From positions 25,793-89,792 of the forward strand of contig CAIKAW010000081.1 of NCBI GenBank assembly GCA_903825575.1: a DNA stretch of 64,000 bases, read 5' to 3'. The notes beneath the pieces are model-generated. The model was given only the letters and a program-made list of their open reading frames with translations. It was not told the DNA's origin and made no database searches. This DNA comes from an uncultured bacterium (lineage in GTDB: Bacteria > Actinomycetota > Actinomycetes > S36-B12 > CAIKAW01). Shown here piece after piece: positions 16,878 through 27,957 of this stretch (the stretch's first letter is position 1; every line of letters starts with the position of its first letter). The translations under genes and the position numbers were made by a program.

Positions 16878-18317
16878 GTGCGAGCGCACCCGGCTGGTCC
16901 GCGTCATGGAGATGTTTCTACGAGTCCTGCAATCCCGATCGCACCGATCGATGCAGTACAGCTCGGCGAACTTGCAGCTGAAGTTTGGCCGATCACCGCG
17001 CAACGCTCTCTCAAGGGCGTCATGCACGTGGGGGGTGTCGACGTCCGGGATCTTGCGGCCGAGTATCAGACGCCATTGTTTGTGTGGGACCTCGACTATT
17101 TCAGGTCGCGGCTAGCCGCGTTCGCGACTGCGTTTGCCGACGCCGGTCCAGGACCGACGGTGTTCTATGCAGCTAAGGCCTTCTTGGCTGGGCTTGCTGT
17201 ACGCGAAGTTTCCGCAGCCGGGCTCGGTATCGACGTCTGCACTGGTGGCGAACTGACGCTCGCTCTTCGGGCCGGAGCCGATCCCGCAAACCTGATGTTC
17301 CACGGCAACAACAAGTCGGCTTCGGAGTTGACTCAGGCCCTAGACGCGGGCGTCGGCCGGTTCGTAATCGACTCGTTTGAAGAACTGGTGCGACTGGCGG
17401 CGTTGGCTGAAGACCGCGGAGTCAAAGCCCGCGTCCTGATTCGCGTCACAGTGGGCGTTGAGGCGCACACCCATGAGTTCATCGCTACTGCCCACGAGGA
17501 TCAGAAGTTCGGCTTCTCCTTAGCCGGGGGAGCAGCAGCTGAAGCAGTTCGGCGAGTGCTGGGGCTGGATTCGCTCGAACTGGTCGGGTTGCATTCGCAC
17601 ATTGGTTCGCAGATCTTCGACGCCGATGGCTTTGAAGTCGCCGCGCATCGAGTGGTGGAATTACTGGCGGATGTGCGTGACGAGCATGGGGTCGAGTTAG
17701 CCGAACTCGACCTAGGCGGCGGCATGGGCATCGCGTATGTCTCCGACGATGACCCCCTGCAGATCGAAGACCTGGCGGGCCGGCTCCGGGTAATCGTCGA
17801 ACGCGAGACAGCCAGCCGTGGACTGACGGTGCCGCGGATTCTTGTTGAACCAGGCCGGGCCATCGTCGGACCAACCATGGTGACCCTCTACGAGGTTGGC
17901 ACCGTCAAGCCCATCGATCTTGGTGGTGGGCACAGCCGTACCTATATATCGGTCGATGGCGGAATGAGTGACAACATCCGCACCGCGCTCTACGACGCTG
18001 ACTACACGGTCACTCTCGCGTCGCGGGCCCCCACTGTCCCAGCGACCTTGGCCCGTGTGGTTGGCAAGCATTGTGAAAGCGGCGACATTGTCGTCCGCGA
18101 CGCTTGGCTGCCCGCGGACGTTGTCCCGAGTGACCTGCTGGCAGTTGCAGCAACCGGGGCTTATTGCCGCGCAATGGCGTCGACATACAACCTCGTTCCG
18201 CGCCCGGCCGTGGTGGCAGTTAGCGCTGGAACCACGCGGCTCGTACTTCGGCGCGAGTCGGTCGATGACCTTTTAGCGCTCGATGTGGAACTGTTCCCCG
18301 GCCCTGACGCCTCCTAG
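16878..18317 (+). CDS. lysA: diaminopimelate decarboxylase
   Basis: It has the PLP-lysine region FYAAKAF, plus GGGMGIAY, EPGRAIVG and HCESGD. The start was placed at GTG 16878, just after the argS stop. The longer ORF from 16740 lies inside argS. Confidence 0.93.
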   Translation: MRAHPAGPRHGDVSTSPAIPIAPIDAVQLGELAAEVWPITAQRSLKGVMHVGGVDVRDLAAEYQTPLFVWDLDYFRSRLAAFATAFADAGPGPTVFYAAKAFLAGLAVREVSAAGLGIDVCTGGELTLALRAGADPANLMFHGNNKSASELTQALDAGVGRFVIDSFEELVRLAALAEDRGVKARVLIRVTVGVEAHTHEFIATAHEDQKFGFSLAGGAAAEAVRRVLGLDSLELVGLHSHIGSQIFDADGFEVAAHRVVELLADVRDEHGVELAELDLGGGMGIAYVSDDDPLQIEDLAGRLRVIVERETASRGLTVPRILVEPGRAIVGPTMVTLYEVGTVKPIDLGGGHSRTYISVDGGMSDNIRTALYDADYTVTLASRAPTVPATLARVVGKHCESGDIVVRDAWLPADVVPSDLLAVAATGAYCRAMASTYNLVPRPAVVAVSAGTTRLVLRRESVDDLLALDVELFPGPDAS

Positions 18318-18405
18318 GTACGCAGGGAAACTGCCAATCTGACAGTCTTGGACCCCGATCGACAGTTAACGCACGTTCTGATCTGGCGCGGCAACGGAGG
18401 TAGTC

Positions 18406-19716
18406 ATGGGTGAGGACGGCGCACAGCAACCGCCACGGCTGACTGTGGCATTGCTAGGTGCGGGCACCGTCGGCACCCAAGTCGCCCGGCTGCTCTCCGA
18501 GAATGCCGATGACCTTCTGGCCCGCGTGGGTGCACGGATCGAACTGATCGGCGTCGGCGTCCGCGACGGTTCGAAAGTTCGCGATGGCATCGATCCGTCG
18601 CTGGTGACAACTGATTTAGACGAATTGGTCTCACGTGGAGCCGACATCGTCGTCGAAGTCATGGGCGGAATCGAACCGGCTCGGACCTTGCTGCTAGCCG
18701 CCATGGCCCGCGGATCGTCAATCGTGACCGCGAACAAGGCACTTCTTGCCGAAGACGGAGCCACCTTGCACGATGCCGCTGCGGCGGGGGGACTTGATCT
18801 GTACTTCGAGGCCAGTGTGGCTGGGGCGATCCCGCTGCTGCGCCCGCTGCGCGACTCGTTGGCCGGAGACCGAGTTCGCCGGGTCCTCGGAATCGTCAAC
18901 GGCACCACTAACTACATATTGACCAAGATGGACGAAGAAGGGGCGGACTACGCCGACGCATTAGCTGAGGCGCAGCGATTGGGCTATGCCGAAGCCGATC
19001 CCACTGCTGACGTCGAAGGCTTTGACGCCGCAGCAAAGGCCGCTATTTTGGCGAGCCTGGCCTTCCACACGCGAGTTACCGGCGCCGACGTGCACCGCGA
19101 GGGCCTGTCAAACGTAACCGCTGCCGATGTTGCTGCTGCCCGCGACATGGGCTTCGTGATCAAGTTACTTGCGGTTGCCGAACTATCCGATGATGAGCGC
19201 GGCGTCTGCGTGCGAGTGCATCCCGCGATGGTTCCGCGTACCCATCCCTTGGCCGGCGTTCGCGACGCGTTCAACGCTGTGTTCGTAGAAGCGGACGCGG
19301 CTGGCCAGGTCATGTTCTATGGCCGCGGAGCCGGCGGTGCCCCAACAGCTTCGGCAGTGATGGGCGACTTGGTTGCTGTGGCTCGCCATAAGGTCGCTGG
19401 TTCTCGTGGCCCTGGCGAGTCGGCCTACGCCAATCTTGAGATCCGCCCGATCGGTGAGGCGCTGACCCGGTACTACGTGAATCTGCAAGTCGCCGATCGA
19501 CCTGGCGTTCTTGCTGCAATTGCGACGGTCTTTGCTGAACACGGCGTGAGCATCCAGAACGTCAGACAGGACGGACATGGCGCTGATGCCATGTTGATGG
19601 TGCGCACTCACCTCGCGCGCGACGCAGCTCTGGCCAGAACTTTGGCTTCCCTTCGCGAGATGGATTCGGTCCGCAGTGTCATCGGGGTGCTGCGGGTAGA
19701 GGGGGAGACCTCATGA
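18406..19716 (+). CDS. hom: homoserine dehydrogenase
   Basis: It has an N-terminal NAD(P) fold ([17 protein letters not shown]), a catalytic domain and a C-terminal ACT-like domain. GGAGG lies upstream of the ATG. It precedes thrC-thrB. Confidence 0.93.
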   Translation: MGEDGAQQPPRLTVALLGAGTVGTQVARLLSENADDLLARVGARIELIGVGVRDGSKVRDGIDPSLVTTDLDELVSRGADIVVEVMGGIEPARTLLLAAMARGSSIVTANKALLAEDGATLHDAAAAGGLDLYFEASVAGAIPLLRPLRDSLAGDRVRRVLGIVNGTTNYILTKMDEEGADYADALAEAQRLGYAEADPTADVEGFDAAAKAAILASLAFHTRVTGADVHREGLSNVTAADVAAARDMGFVIKLLAVAELSDDERGVCVRVHPAMVPRTHPLAGVRDAFNAVFVEADAAGQVMFYGRGAGGAPTASAVMGDLVAVARHKVAGSRGPGESAYANLEIRPIGEALTRYYVNLQVADRPGVLAAIATVFAEHGVSIQNVRQDGHGADAMLMVRTHLARDAALARTLASLREMDSVRSVIGVLRVEGETS

Positions 19717-20780
19717 CCCCGGCATCGCCGCAATGGCGTGGCGTGATCAATGAGTATCGCGACCGGTTGCCGGTCACGGCGGACATGCCGGTAATCACCC
19801 TTGGTGAGGGTGGTACGCCATTGGTGTTGGCAGAGCATCTTTCCGAACTCGTAGGGTGTCGAGTCTTCCTCAAAGTCGAAGGGGCCAATCCAACCGGCTC
19901 ATTCAAAGACCGTGGAATGACGATGGCCTTGTCAAAAGCGGCCTTGGACGGTGCGCGCGCTGTGATCTGCGCATCGACCGGGAATACAAGTGCCAGCGCC
20001 GCCGCTTACGCCGTGAAAGCCGGAATGACCTGCGCAGTCCTGGTGCCCGAAGGCAAGATCGCGATGGGCAAGCTCGCGCAAGCCCTTGTCCACGGCGCCG
20101 CTCTGCTCCACGTTCAGGGAAACTTCGACGACTGCCTGACGCTGGCGCGTGAACTGGCCGACAACTATCCAGTTGCGCTCGTCAACTCCGTGAATCCCTA
20201 CCGCATCGAGGGACAGAAGACCGCCGCGTTTGAGATTGTCGACGCGCTGACCCAAGCCCCGGACATCCACTGCTTACCGGTCGGCAACGCTGGAAATATC
20301 ACGGCCTACTGGCAGGGCTACCGCGAGTACGCCGACGCAGGTCTTTCCGCCTTGCCGCGAATGTGGGGTTTCCAGGCCGCAGGTGCAGCGCCGATCGTTT
20401 TGGGCCATCCGGTGCTGGAACCAGAAACCATCGCGACCGCGATCCGAATTGGTAATCCCGCGTCATGGGAGCAAGCCATCGCCGCCCGGGATGAGTCTGG
20501 CGGGCAAATCGATTCAGTTACCGATCAAGAGATTCTGGCGGCCTATCGGATGCTGGCTGCGCGCGAAGGGGTATTTGTCGAGCCTGCCTCCGCTGCCGGC
20601 GTGGCAGGGCTGATCAAGTCTTACGACGCCGGGCTGGTGGATTCAGGCCAGACCATCGTGATCACAGTCACCGGGAACGGGCTAAAGGACCCGCACTGGG
20701 CCTTGGAAGGAAGCGCCGAACCGCTGCCGGTACCTGTTGACGCAGTAGTAGTGGCGCAACGCCTAGGGCTGGTCGAGTGA
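19713..20780 (+). CDS. thrC: threonine synthase
   Basis: It has the PLP-lysine motif [10 protein letters not shown] and [13 protein letters not shown]. An ATGA overlap links it to hom. Confidence 0.95.
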   Translation: MTPASPQWRGVINEYRDRLPVTADMPVITLGEGGTPLVLAEHLSELVGCRVFLKVEGANPTGSFKDRGMTMALSKAALDGARAVICASTGNTSASAAAYAVKAGMTCAVLVPEGKIAMGKLAQALVHGAALLHVQGNFDDCLTLARELADNYPVALVNSVNPYRIEGQKTAAFEIVDALTQAPDIHCLPVGNAGNITAYWQGYREYADAGLSALPRMWGFQAAGAAPIVLGHPVLEPETIATAIRIGNPASWEQAIAARDESGGQIDSVTDQEILAAYRMLAAREGVFVEPASAAGVAGLIKSYDAGLVDSGQTIVITVTGNGLKDPHWALEGSAEPLPVPVDAVVVAQRLGLVE

Positions 20781-21700
20781 ACGAGTTCGTGCGCGCCACG
20801 GTCAGCGTGCGGGTTCCGGCCACGAGTGCGAATCTCGGTCCCGGATTTGACTCATACGGCTTGGCCCTTGACCTTCATGACGAACTGAGTGCGACGCTAG
20901 CCCCGGAACTAAGGATCGACGTTACAGGCGAGGGCGACACCACCTTGCCGCGGGATGAGACCCATCTGGTGTGGCAGGCAATGCAACGGCTATTCGCCGA
21001 GGTTGGGGTTGAGCCTCCGGGAGTGCATTTGGTCTGCCACAACAAGATTCCGCATGGCCGCGGGCTTGGATCGTCGGCCGCGGCCATCGTCGCAGGACTT
21101 CTGCTAGCCCGCGCTTTGCTGGTCGAAACCCAAGTCTCCGATCAGCGGATCCTTGAGTTGGCCAGTGAATTAGAAGGACACCCGGACAACGTTGCCGCAG
21201 CTCTTTACGGCGGATTTACTCTGGCCTGGATTGATAGCCAGCCTGTCCAAGGTTTGCCGGGAGGCCACGGTTCTGCGCAGGCGGTCCGTATGGAACCTTT
21301 CGCTGCGTTGCGAGTTGTCGTTGTGGTGCCTGAAACAATGTTGGCGACAAGCCGGGCACGTGCCGTGCTTCCGGCTTCGGTGCCGCACTGTGATGCGGTG
21401 ATCAATGTCGCTAGAGCCGGACTTCTGGTTGAAGCCCTAACTCGCAGACCTGACTTACTACTGCCGGCGACCTTTGATCGACTTCACCAGGAACAGCGGC
21501 GCGAGGCGTACCCGGAAACATGGCGAGAAGTCGAACTCTTGCGTGACGCTGGGCTGGCTGCAGTCGTGTCGGGGGCCGGACCGACCGTGCTAGTGCTTTC
21601 GGTCGAGCCGATCTTGGAGCGGGTGCGTGAGTTGGTCGGCAGCGGGCTCGACGTACGCGAATTGGGGCTTGATTTGACCGGGGCGCGCGTAGGCGCCTGA
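20777..21700 (+). CDS. thrB: homoserine kinase
   Basis: It has the GHMP kinase motif [21 protein letters not shown] overlap links it to thrC. Confidence 0.93.
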   Translation: MNEFVRATVSVRVPATSANLGPGFDSYGLALDLHDELSATLAPELRIDVTGEGDTTLPRDETHLVWQAMQRLFAEVGVEPPGVHLVCHNKIPHGRGLGSSAAAIVAGLLLARALLVETQVSDQRILELASELEGHPDNVAAALYGGFTLAWIDSQPVQGLPGGHGSAQAVRMEPFAALRVVVVVPETMLATSRARAVLPASVPHCDAVINVARAGLLVEALTRRPDLLLPATFDRLHQEQRREAYPETWREVELLRDAGLAAVVSGAGPTVLVLSVEPILERVRELVGSGLDVRELGLDLTGARVGA

Positions 21701-21820
21701 AGGTGCTACAGTTTTGCCGTTCACGGGAGTCCGGAGTTTCTCTCCGGCCCAATCCCGACATCCGCAGGCACAAATAATCGTGCACCGGACTGTCGAGGAC
21801 CTATCTGTTAAGGATCAAGA

Positions 21821-23563
21821 GTGACCGAATCTGTCACAACCACCCCCACCGGGCGTGGCTCTGGGTCGGGACTACCGACCATGCTCCTGCCGGAGCTCAA
21901 GACATTGGCTTCGAAGCTGGGAATCACCGGCGCATCAGCCATGCGAAAGGGCGACCTAGTCGCCGCAATTCAGGCCCGCCAGGTGAGCGCACCGGCCGAA
22001 CGCCCGGCCCGTAGCGAACGCCCGGCCCGCCAGCCGCGTGCCGAACGACCCGCCGGACCGCCGGCCGCAGCGGACGAGTCGGCCAGCAACGACCGCCCTG
22101 AAACCACAAGCAATGACCGTCCGCCGCGCAACGATCGCCCACGCAACGATGATCGTCAGCGCAACGACGATCGCCCGCCGCGCAACGATGACCGAGGCCC
22201 GCGTACAGACAGCGCGCCCCGCAACGACGCTGGCCCGCGCACCGATGGCGCCCCCCGCGCCGACGCCGGTCCGCGCACAGATGAAGACGACCGCGGTCGT
22301 AGTCGTCGTCGTGGACGTGGTCGGGACCGCTACAACCGTGAGGATCGCGGACCGCGCGACCAGCAGCGCCCGCGCCCGCCACGTGATCGCTTCGAGTCTG
22401 AACCCGAAGTCAACGATGACGATGTTCTGGTTACCGTCGCCGGCATCCTCGACGTCATGGAGAACTACGCCTTCGTCCGGACCACCGGCTACCTGCCAGG
22501 TCCGAATGACGTTTACGTCTCCTTGTCGATGGTGAAGAAGGCTGGGCTGCGCAAGGGCGATGTCATCACGGGCATGGTCCGCCAGCCTGGCGATGGCGAG
22601 CGCCGCGAGAAGTTCAACCCGCTCGTGCGGATCGAGACGGTAAATGGCGCCGACCCAGAGTTGGCGCGCAATCGCATCGAATTCGGCAAGTTGACTCCGC
22701 TGTACCCGCAGGACCGACTTCGCCTTGAGACCGAGTCGAACAACTTGGTCACCCGGGTGATCGACCTCGTCGGTCCCATTGGAAAGGGACAGCGCGGGCT
22801 CATTGTTTCCCCACCCAAGGCTGGCAAGACGATGGTGCTGCAAGCCATCGCGAATGCAATTGCGGTAAACAACCCCGAGTGCCACCTGATGGTCGTTTTG
22901 GTTGACGAGCGGCCTGAAGAGGTCACCGACATGCAGCGCTCGGTCAAGGGTGAGGTAATCGCCTCTACGTTCGACCGTCCCGCAGAGGACCACACGATCA
23001 TTGCTGAACTCGCGATTGAGCGAGCTAAGCGACTGGTTGAAATGGGCCACGACGTCGTCGTCTTGTTGGACTCGATGACTCGCCTCGGTCGCGCCTACAA
23101 CCTTGCGGCCCCGGCCAGCGGCCGAATTCTTTCCGGTGGCGTTGACTCCACGGCGCTCTACCCGCCAAAGCGGTTCTTCGGCGCGGCCCGGAATATCGAG
23201 AACGGTGGTTCGCTCACCATTCTTGCCACGGCGCTCGTTGAGACCGGGTCCCGCATGGACGAGGTCATCTTCGAGGAGTTCAAGGGCACCGGAAACATGG
23301 AGCTCAAGCTGGATAGGCGCTTGGCTGACAAGCGAATCTTCCCGGCCGTCGATGTTGACGCTTCGGGTACCCGTAAGGAAGAGCTCCTCATGTCACCTGA
23401 GGAACTCAAGGTCGTCTGGAAGCTTCGTCGGGTGCTGCATGCCCTCGACTCTCAGCAGGCGATCGAGTTGCTGCTGAACAAGTTGCGGGAGACCAAAACC
23501 AACAACGAATTCCTGCTCCAAGTGCAGAAGACGACCCCTGGCATGGGGGCCGACGACGACTGA
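21821..23563 (+). CDS. rho: transcription termination factor Rho with long R/D/N/P-rich N-terminal insertion
   Basis: It has the Walker A motif PPKAGKT. The core ([49 protein letters not shown]) is collinear with mycobacterial Rho as remembered. GTG start, with AAGGA upstream. Confidence 0.95.
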   Translation: MTESVTTTPTGRGSGSGLPTMLLPELKTLASKLGITGASAMRKGDLVAAIQARQVSAPAERPARSERPARQPRAERPAGPPAAADESASNDRPETTSNDRPPRNDRPRNDDRQRNDDRPPRNDDRGPRTDSAPRNDAGPRTDGAPRADAGPRTDEDDRGRSRRRGRGRDRYNREDRGPRDQQRPRPPRDRFESEPEVNDDDVLVTVAGILDVMENYAFVRTTGYLPGPNDVYVSLSMVKKAGLRKGDVITGMVRQPGDGERREKFNPLVRIETVNGADPELARNRIEFGKLTPLYPQDRLRLETESNNLVTRVIDLVGPIGKGQRGLIVSPPKAGKTMVLQAIANAIAVNNPECHLMVVLVDERPEEVTDMQRSVKGEVIASTFDRPAEDHTIIAELAIERAKRLVEMGHDVVVLLDSMTRLGRAYNLAAPASGRILSGGVDSTALYPPKRFFGAARNIENGGSLTILATALVETGSRMDEVIFEEFKGTGNMELKLDRRLADKRIFPAVDVDASGTRKEELLMSPEELKVVWKLRRVLHALDSQQAIELLLNKLRETKTNNEFLLQVQKTTPGMGADDD

Positions 23564-23672
23564 GCCGGGCACCCGGTTTGGCCCTAGCACGCGGCGATGG
23601 CAGACTTGGCAGGCTCCCGGTTCACGGTGCGATATCCATCGCAGCGACCCGGGACGAGTTGAAGGAGAAGTT

Positions 23673-23891
23673 GTGAAGCCCGAGATCCACCCGGCCTACG
23701 CCGAGACGACCGTGCACTGCACCTGCGGTTCGACGTTCGTGACCCGCAGCACAGCTAAGACCGGCGTGATTAACGCTGACGTCTGCTCGCAGTGTCACCC
23801 GTTCTACACGGGCAAGCAGAAGATCCTCGACACCGGCGGCCGCGTTGCCAAGTTCGAGGCGCGATTCGGGAAGAAGTCAGCCGAAAAGTAG
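23673..23891 (+). CDS. rpmE: 50S ribosomal protein L31 (zinc-ribbon form)
   Basis: MKPEIHPAY...HCTCG...[13 protein letters not shown]. Four Cys residues form the Zn ribbon. GAAGGAG precedes the GTG start. Confidence 0.93.
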   Translation: MKPEIHPAYAETTVHCTCGSTFVTRSTAKTGVINADVCSQCHPFYTGKQKILDTGGRVAKFEARFGKKSAEK

Positions 23892-23925
23892 CCGTTGGCT
23901 GCCGGTCGGGATCGGGAGCCATCTC

Positions 23926-25011
23926 GTGTTTGAATCCATGGCGGCACTTGCCGCACAGTTGGGCGAGGTAGAAGCCCAGTTGTCGGATCCGGCTGTCCAT
24001 GCCGATCCGGCCCTAGCTCGCAAACTTGGTCGCGAGTACGCCCGACTGCGTCCCATCGTCCACACGTGGGTTGCGTGGCGCGATGCAGATTCTGACCTGA
24101 GTGCGGCGACCGAACTGGGAGCCGACGATGCCGCGTTCGCTGCAGAGGCAGCCGAACTTCTTGTGCAACGAGACACCCTCGCGGCGAAGTTGCAGTTACT
24201 GCTCGTGCCGCGTGATCCGGTAGACGACAACGACGTGATCCTCGAACTCAAAGCTGGCGAGGGTGGCCAAGAATCAGCGCTTTTCGTTGGCGACTTGTTG
24301 CGCATGTATTTGCACTATGCCGAAAACCGCGGCTGGACCACGGAGATTCTTGAAGCCGAAGATAGCGACATGGGCGGTTACAAAGACGTCCACGTTGCGG
24401 TTAAGGCGCGAGGAATGGTTGGACCAAATGAAGCCCCGTATGCGCGGCTGAAGTACGAGGCCGGAGTTCACCGAGTGCAGCGCGTCCCTATCACCGAGTC
24501 GCAAGGGCGCATCCACACCTCGGCTGCTGGCGTGCTCGTACTACCCGAGGCCGAAGAGGTCGACGTCAAGATCGAGCCCAACGACTTGCGCATAGATGTT
24601 TTCCGGTCTTCTGGACCGGGCGGTCAGAGCGTGAACACCACCGACTCAGCCGTGCGGATCACCCACCTGCCTACTGGGATCGTGGTTTCGTGCCAGAACG
24701 AGAAGAGTCAATTGCAGAACCGGGAGCAGGCGATGCGAATCTTGCGAGCTCGGATTTTGGCCGCGGCCCAAGAAGCAGCAGATCTGGAAGCATCGGAGAC
24801 CAGGCGCTCGCAGGTGCGCACGGTCGACCGGAGCGAGCGCATCCGCACCTACAACTTTGCAGAGAATCGCATCAGCGACCATCGAGTTGGGTTCAAGGCC
24901 TACAACCTTGACCAGGTGCTCGACGGCGAACTTGATCCGGTCGTTGAGGCCTGCCTGGCCGCGGACTTGGCCGCCCGACTTTCGGCGGCGACCCCCGGAA
25001 CACCCAAGTGA
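23926..25011 (+). CDS. prfA: peptide chain release factor 1
   Basis: It has the GGQ motif ([10 protein letters not shown]) and an RF1-type tripeptide region ([10 protein letters not shown]). The start was trimmed to GTG 23926 (GGGAG lies upstream), because the ORF from 23845 overlaps rpmE. Confidence 0.93.
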   Translation: MFESMAALAAQLGEVEAQLSDPAVHADPALARKLGREYARLRPIVHTWVAWRDADSDLSAATELGADDAAFAAEAAELLVQRDTLAAKLQLLLVPRDPVDDNDVILELKAGEGGQESALFVGDLLRMYLHYAENRGWTTEILEAEDSDMGGYKDVHVAVKARGMVGPNEAPYARLKYEAGVHRVQRVPITESQGRIHTSAAGVLVLPEAEEVDVKIEPNDLRIDVFRSSGPGGQSVNTTDSAVRITHLPTGIVVSCQNEKSQLQNREQAMRILRARILAAAQEAADLEASETRRSQVRTVDRSERIRTYNFAENRISDHRVGFKAYNLDQVLDGELDPVVEACLAADLAARLSAATPGTPK

Positions 25012-25958
25012 ATGGACCGCTGACTCCCGACGAGGGGATTGTCACCATCCGAGCCGTCCTGGCTGATGCTGAACGTCGCCTTGCGGCTGCCGGAGTTCCC
25101 AGCCCAGCCGTCGACGCGGCCGAGCTGTTGGCCCTAGTCCGCGGCGTAAGACGAAACCGGTTATTGATGTCCGACCCAGTTCCCGATGTCGAGCTCGTGC
25201 GATTCGAGTCGCTGCTGCTTAGACGGGCGGCGAGGGTCCCTTTGCAGCATTTGACGGGGGTGGCGGGCTTTCGCAGGCTGGATTTGCAGGTCGGTCCTGG
25301 GGTGTTTGTTCCACGACCGGAGACTGAACTGGTCGCGGAGGTGGCATTGCGCACAATCAATGCCGGCTCCGGAAGGCAACTGGTTCTCGACCTGTGCGCC
25401 GGCAGCGGCGCCATCGGCTTGGCTATCGCGACCGAGGCGTGCGATGTGGACGTCATCGCGGTCGAAATCGAGCCGTCTGCGGTGGAGTGGGCGGAGCGCA
25501 ACGCAGCATCCTTGGGCGTGAAGATTGCCGAACGAGGAAGTACTTATCGACTGATCTTGGCCGATGCTGGTGAACTCGGGCAGCGTGAACAACCCTTAGC
25601 TGAGATCGCAGGCCGGGTCGACATCGTGGTTGCTAACCCGCCCTATATTCCGGACGACGCTGTGCCGCGGGATCCCGAGGTGCGCGAGCACGATCCCCGA
25701 GCTGCCCTGTACGGCGGACCTGATGGGCTTCGAGTGGTGCGACTAATCGTGGACTCGGCCGTGCGGCTGCTTCGTCCAGGTGGCCTGCTGATCATCGAGC
25801 ACGGCGACGAGCAGGGCGAACTTTCGTCTGGAGAAGGGGTGCCGGCCGTCATCCGGGCGGCCGAAACCGAAAGTGGCCCGGCCTTCACTGCCGTCATTGA
25901 CCGACCGGACCTAAATGGCCGGCCCCGTTTCACGATGGCGAAACGAGTCTTGCAATGA
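25008..25958 (+). CDS. prmC: release factor glutamine N5-methyltransferase (PrmC/HemK)
   Basis: It has the NPPY motif (VANPPYIP) and a SAM-binding region ([11 protein letters not shown]). A GTGA overlap links it to prfA. Confidence 0.88.
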   Translation: MNGPLTPDEGIVTIRAVLADAERRLAAAGVPSPAVDAAELLALVRGVRRNRLLMSDPVPDVELVRFESLLLRRAARVPLQHLTGVAGFRRLDLQVGPGVFVPRPETELVAEVALRTINAGSGRQLVLDLCAGSGAIGLAIATEACDVDVIAVEIEPSAVEWAERNAASLGVKIAERGSTYRLILADAGELGQREQPLAEIAGRVDIVVANPPYIPDDAVPRDPEVREHDPRAALYGGPDGLRVVRLIVDSAVRLLRPGGLLIIEHGDEQGELSSGEGVPAVIRAAETESGPAFTAVIDRPDLNGRPRFTMAKRVLQ

Positions 25959-26608
25959 GTTTGGTAATCAATCTGGCTGACCCGGAAGACCGGATCGCTG
26001 GCTTGGATGCGGCGGCTAACGCCATGCGCCGCCACGAGCTTGTGGTGTTGCCAACCGACACTGTTTACGGCATCGGCACCGACGCCTTTAGCGTGCAAGG
26101 CGTTGCGGCCTTGTTGGATGCCAAAGGCAGGGGCCGCAATCTGCCGGTCCCCGTGCTTGTCGGGTCACCCAAGACCGTCGACGGATTGGTGCGCAGCCTC
26201 TCCGGAGCCGGCCGAGACCTGATCGAAGCGTTTTGGCCCGGAGCCCTGACGATCGTGGCCCGCGCGCAACCGACCCTGCAGTGGGATCTGGGAGACACAT
26301 CCGGGACGGTGGCGGTGCGAATGCCGTTACATCCGGCTGCGATCGAACTACTTCGCAAGGTAGGACCGATGGCAGTGAGTAGCGCAAATAAGTCCGGGTC
26401 ACCTCCCGCAGCAACAATTGAGAAGGCGTTGGAGCAATTCGGCGAAGCGGTCCGGGTGTATCTCGATGGCGGCCCGAGCACAACAATCGAACCGTCGACG
26501 ATCGTCGACGTTTCCGGCGACCAGCCGAGAGCATTGCGGGTCGGCGCTTTGAGCTTGGAACTGTTGCGCACGGTGGTGCCAGATCTACTTGGGCCGGATT
26601 CGGGCTGA
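25955..26608 (+). CDS. L-threonylcarbamoyladenylate synthase (TsaC/YwlC/Sua5 family)
   Basis: YrdC-domain motifs are present: LPTDTVYGIGTDA and SSANKSG. An ATGA overlap links it to prmC. Confidence 0.85.
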   Translation: MSLVINLADPEDRIAGLDAAANAMRRHELVVLPTDTVYGIGTDAFSVQGVAALLDAKGRGRNLPVPVLVGSPKTVDGLVRSLSGAGRDLIEAFWPGALTIVARAQPTLQWDLGDTSGTVAVRMPLHPAAIELLRKVGPMAVSSANKSGSPPAATIEKALEQFGEAVRVYLDGGPSTTIEPSTIVDVSGDQPRALRVGALSLELLRTVVPDLLGPDSG

Positions 26609-26630
26609 GACAGCTGCGCCAGACTGGTTA

Positions 26631-26653
26631 GACTCCGGCCACGTACCGGAGTC
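26631..26653 (+). other. perfect 8-bp stem-loop GACTCCGG-N7-CCGGAGTC between tsaC and glyA (possible terminator or processing site)
   Basis: The arms at 26631..26638 and 26646..26653 are exact reverse complements. No T-tract follows. Confidence 0.3.
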
Positions 26654-26673
26654 GAACCACGGGGGAACCGAAT

Positions 26674-27948
26674 ATGAACGCTAGTGCCGTGCCTTTCTGG
26701 GGCCCAGACTTCGGCGCCCTCCAGTCCTCCGACCCAGAGATCGCCAACATCGTCTTGGCCGAACTCGATCGACTTCGCGGTGGCCTTCAGCTGATCGCGA
26801 GTGAGAACTTCACATCCCCTGCGGTGCTCGCGGCACTTGGCTCGACCCTGAGCAACAAGTACGCCGAGGGCTACCCGGGTCGCCGCTACTACGGCGGGTG
26901 CGCCGAAGTCGACAAGGCCGAAATGCTTGGCATCGAGCGCGCCAAGGCGCTCTTCGGCGCTGACCACGCGAACCTACAGCCGCACTCGGGCGCCTCAGCG
27001 AACATCGCCGCGTACGGCGCGTTCGTAAAACCGGGCGAGACCGTTATGGCGATGTCGTTGCCGCACGGTGGGCATCTGACGCACGGATCCAAGGTGAATT
27101 TCTCCGGCAAGTGGTTCGATATCGCCTCCTATGGGGTGCGCCAGGACACCGAGCTCATCGACTACGACGAAGTCCGTAGCCTGGCCCTCGAGCGGCGCCC
27201 AAAGATGATCATCTGCGGGGCCACGGCCTACCCGAGGCTGATTGACTTCGCGGCCTTCCGATCGATCGCCGATGAAGTCGGTGCGATCCTGATGGTTGAT
27301 GCAGCGCACTTCATCGGGCTCGTGGCTGGCGGTGCGATTCCCAGCCCAGTTCCCTACGCCGACGTCGTGTGCTTCACGACTCACAAGGTGCTCCGCGGCC
27401 CCCGCGGCGGGATGATCCTTTGCAAGGCCGAGCATGCCGCTGCAATCGACAAGGCAGTCTTCCCGATGATGCAGGGTGGTCCGCTCATGCATTCGGTCGC
27501 GGCCAAGGCTGTCGCTCTGAAGGAAGCAGCGACCCCGGAATACCAGTCCTACGCCCGGAACGTGATTGCTAACGCACAGGCCTTGGCCGCCGGCCTGGCG
27601 GCCGAAGGGATGCGTCCGGTCTCAGGGGGAACAGACACTCACCTCGCGCTGATCGACCTGCAGGCCGTCGGCGTCACCGGAGCCGAGGCTGAACAGCGCT
27701 GCGATGCAGCACGAATTACGTTGAACAAGAACTCGATTCCTTTCGACCCGGCGACAGCTGCGGTGACCTCGGGCATTCGGGTCGGGACACCTGCCGTGAC
27801 CACCCAAGGAATGACGGTCGATCAGATGGCAGCGATAGCAAACTGCATCGGTAGGGCCGTTCGTTCAACGAGTTCAGCGGAAACCACGGCAGTCGCCGAA
27901 GAGGTGCTGGGCCTGTGTCGGACCCACCCGGCTTACCCGCGGGGCTAA
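26674..27948 (+). CDS. glyA: serine hydroxymethyltransferase
   Basis: It has LIASENFTSPAV and the PLP-lysine region TTHKVLRGPRGG. Confidence 0.95.
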   Translation: MNASAVPFWGPDFGALQSSDPEIANIVLAELDRLRGGLQLIASENFTSPAVLAALGSTLSNKYAEGYPGRRYYGGCAEVDKAEMLGIERAKALFGADHANLQPHSGASANIAAYGAFVKPGETVMAMSLPHGGHLTHGSKVNFSGKWFDIASYGVRQDTELIDYDEVRSLALERRPKMIICGATAYPRLIDFAAFRSIADEVGAILMVDAAHFIGLVAGGAIPSPVPYADVVCFTTHKVLRGPRGGMILCKAEHAAAIDKAVFPMMQGGPLMHSVAAKAVALKEAATPEYQSYARNVIANAQALAAGLAAEGMRPVSGGTDTHLALIDLQAVGVTGAEAEQRCDAARITLNKNSIPFDPATAAVTSGIRVGTPAVTTQGMTVDQMAAIANCIGRAVRSTSSAETTAVAEEVLGLCRTHPAYPRG

Positions 27949-27957
27949 CCTGCTCAG

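Noticed and set aside
21956-23050. 364-aa ORF antisense to rho (also 21924..22382 and 22513..23001).
   Set aside because: It lies entirely inside the strongly supported rho gene. Its composition is dominated by Arg/Ala/Gly/Val, as expected for off-frame or antisense translation of high-GC DNA, and no motif was recognised.
23564-23580. Intrinsic terminator after rho (AGCCGG-GCAC-CCGGTT followed by TG).
   Set aside because: The stem is only about 6 bp and includes a G-T pair. It has essentially no T-tract, so it is not convincing enough to annotate. The same applies to CTCCC-CGGG-GGGAG after wecA (29065..29078).
26609-26673. Riboswitch (ZTP/pfl, THF or glycine) upstream of glyA.
   Set aside because: The gap is only 65 nt, too short for these aptamers. 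I could not find their conserved core sequences, only a simple hairpin.
26065-26967. 300-aa minus-strand ORF spanning the tsaC 3' end and the glyA 5' end.
   Set aside because: It is antisense to two well-supported genes and spans their intergenic hairpin. Its sequence is low-complexity and Arg/Pro/Ser-rich, with no family signature.
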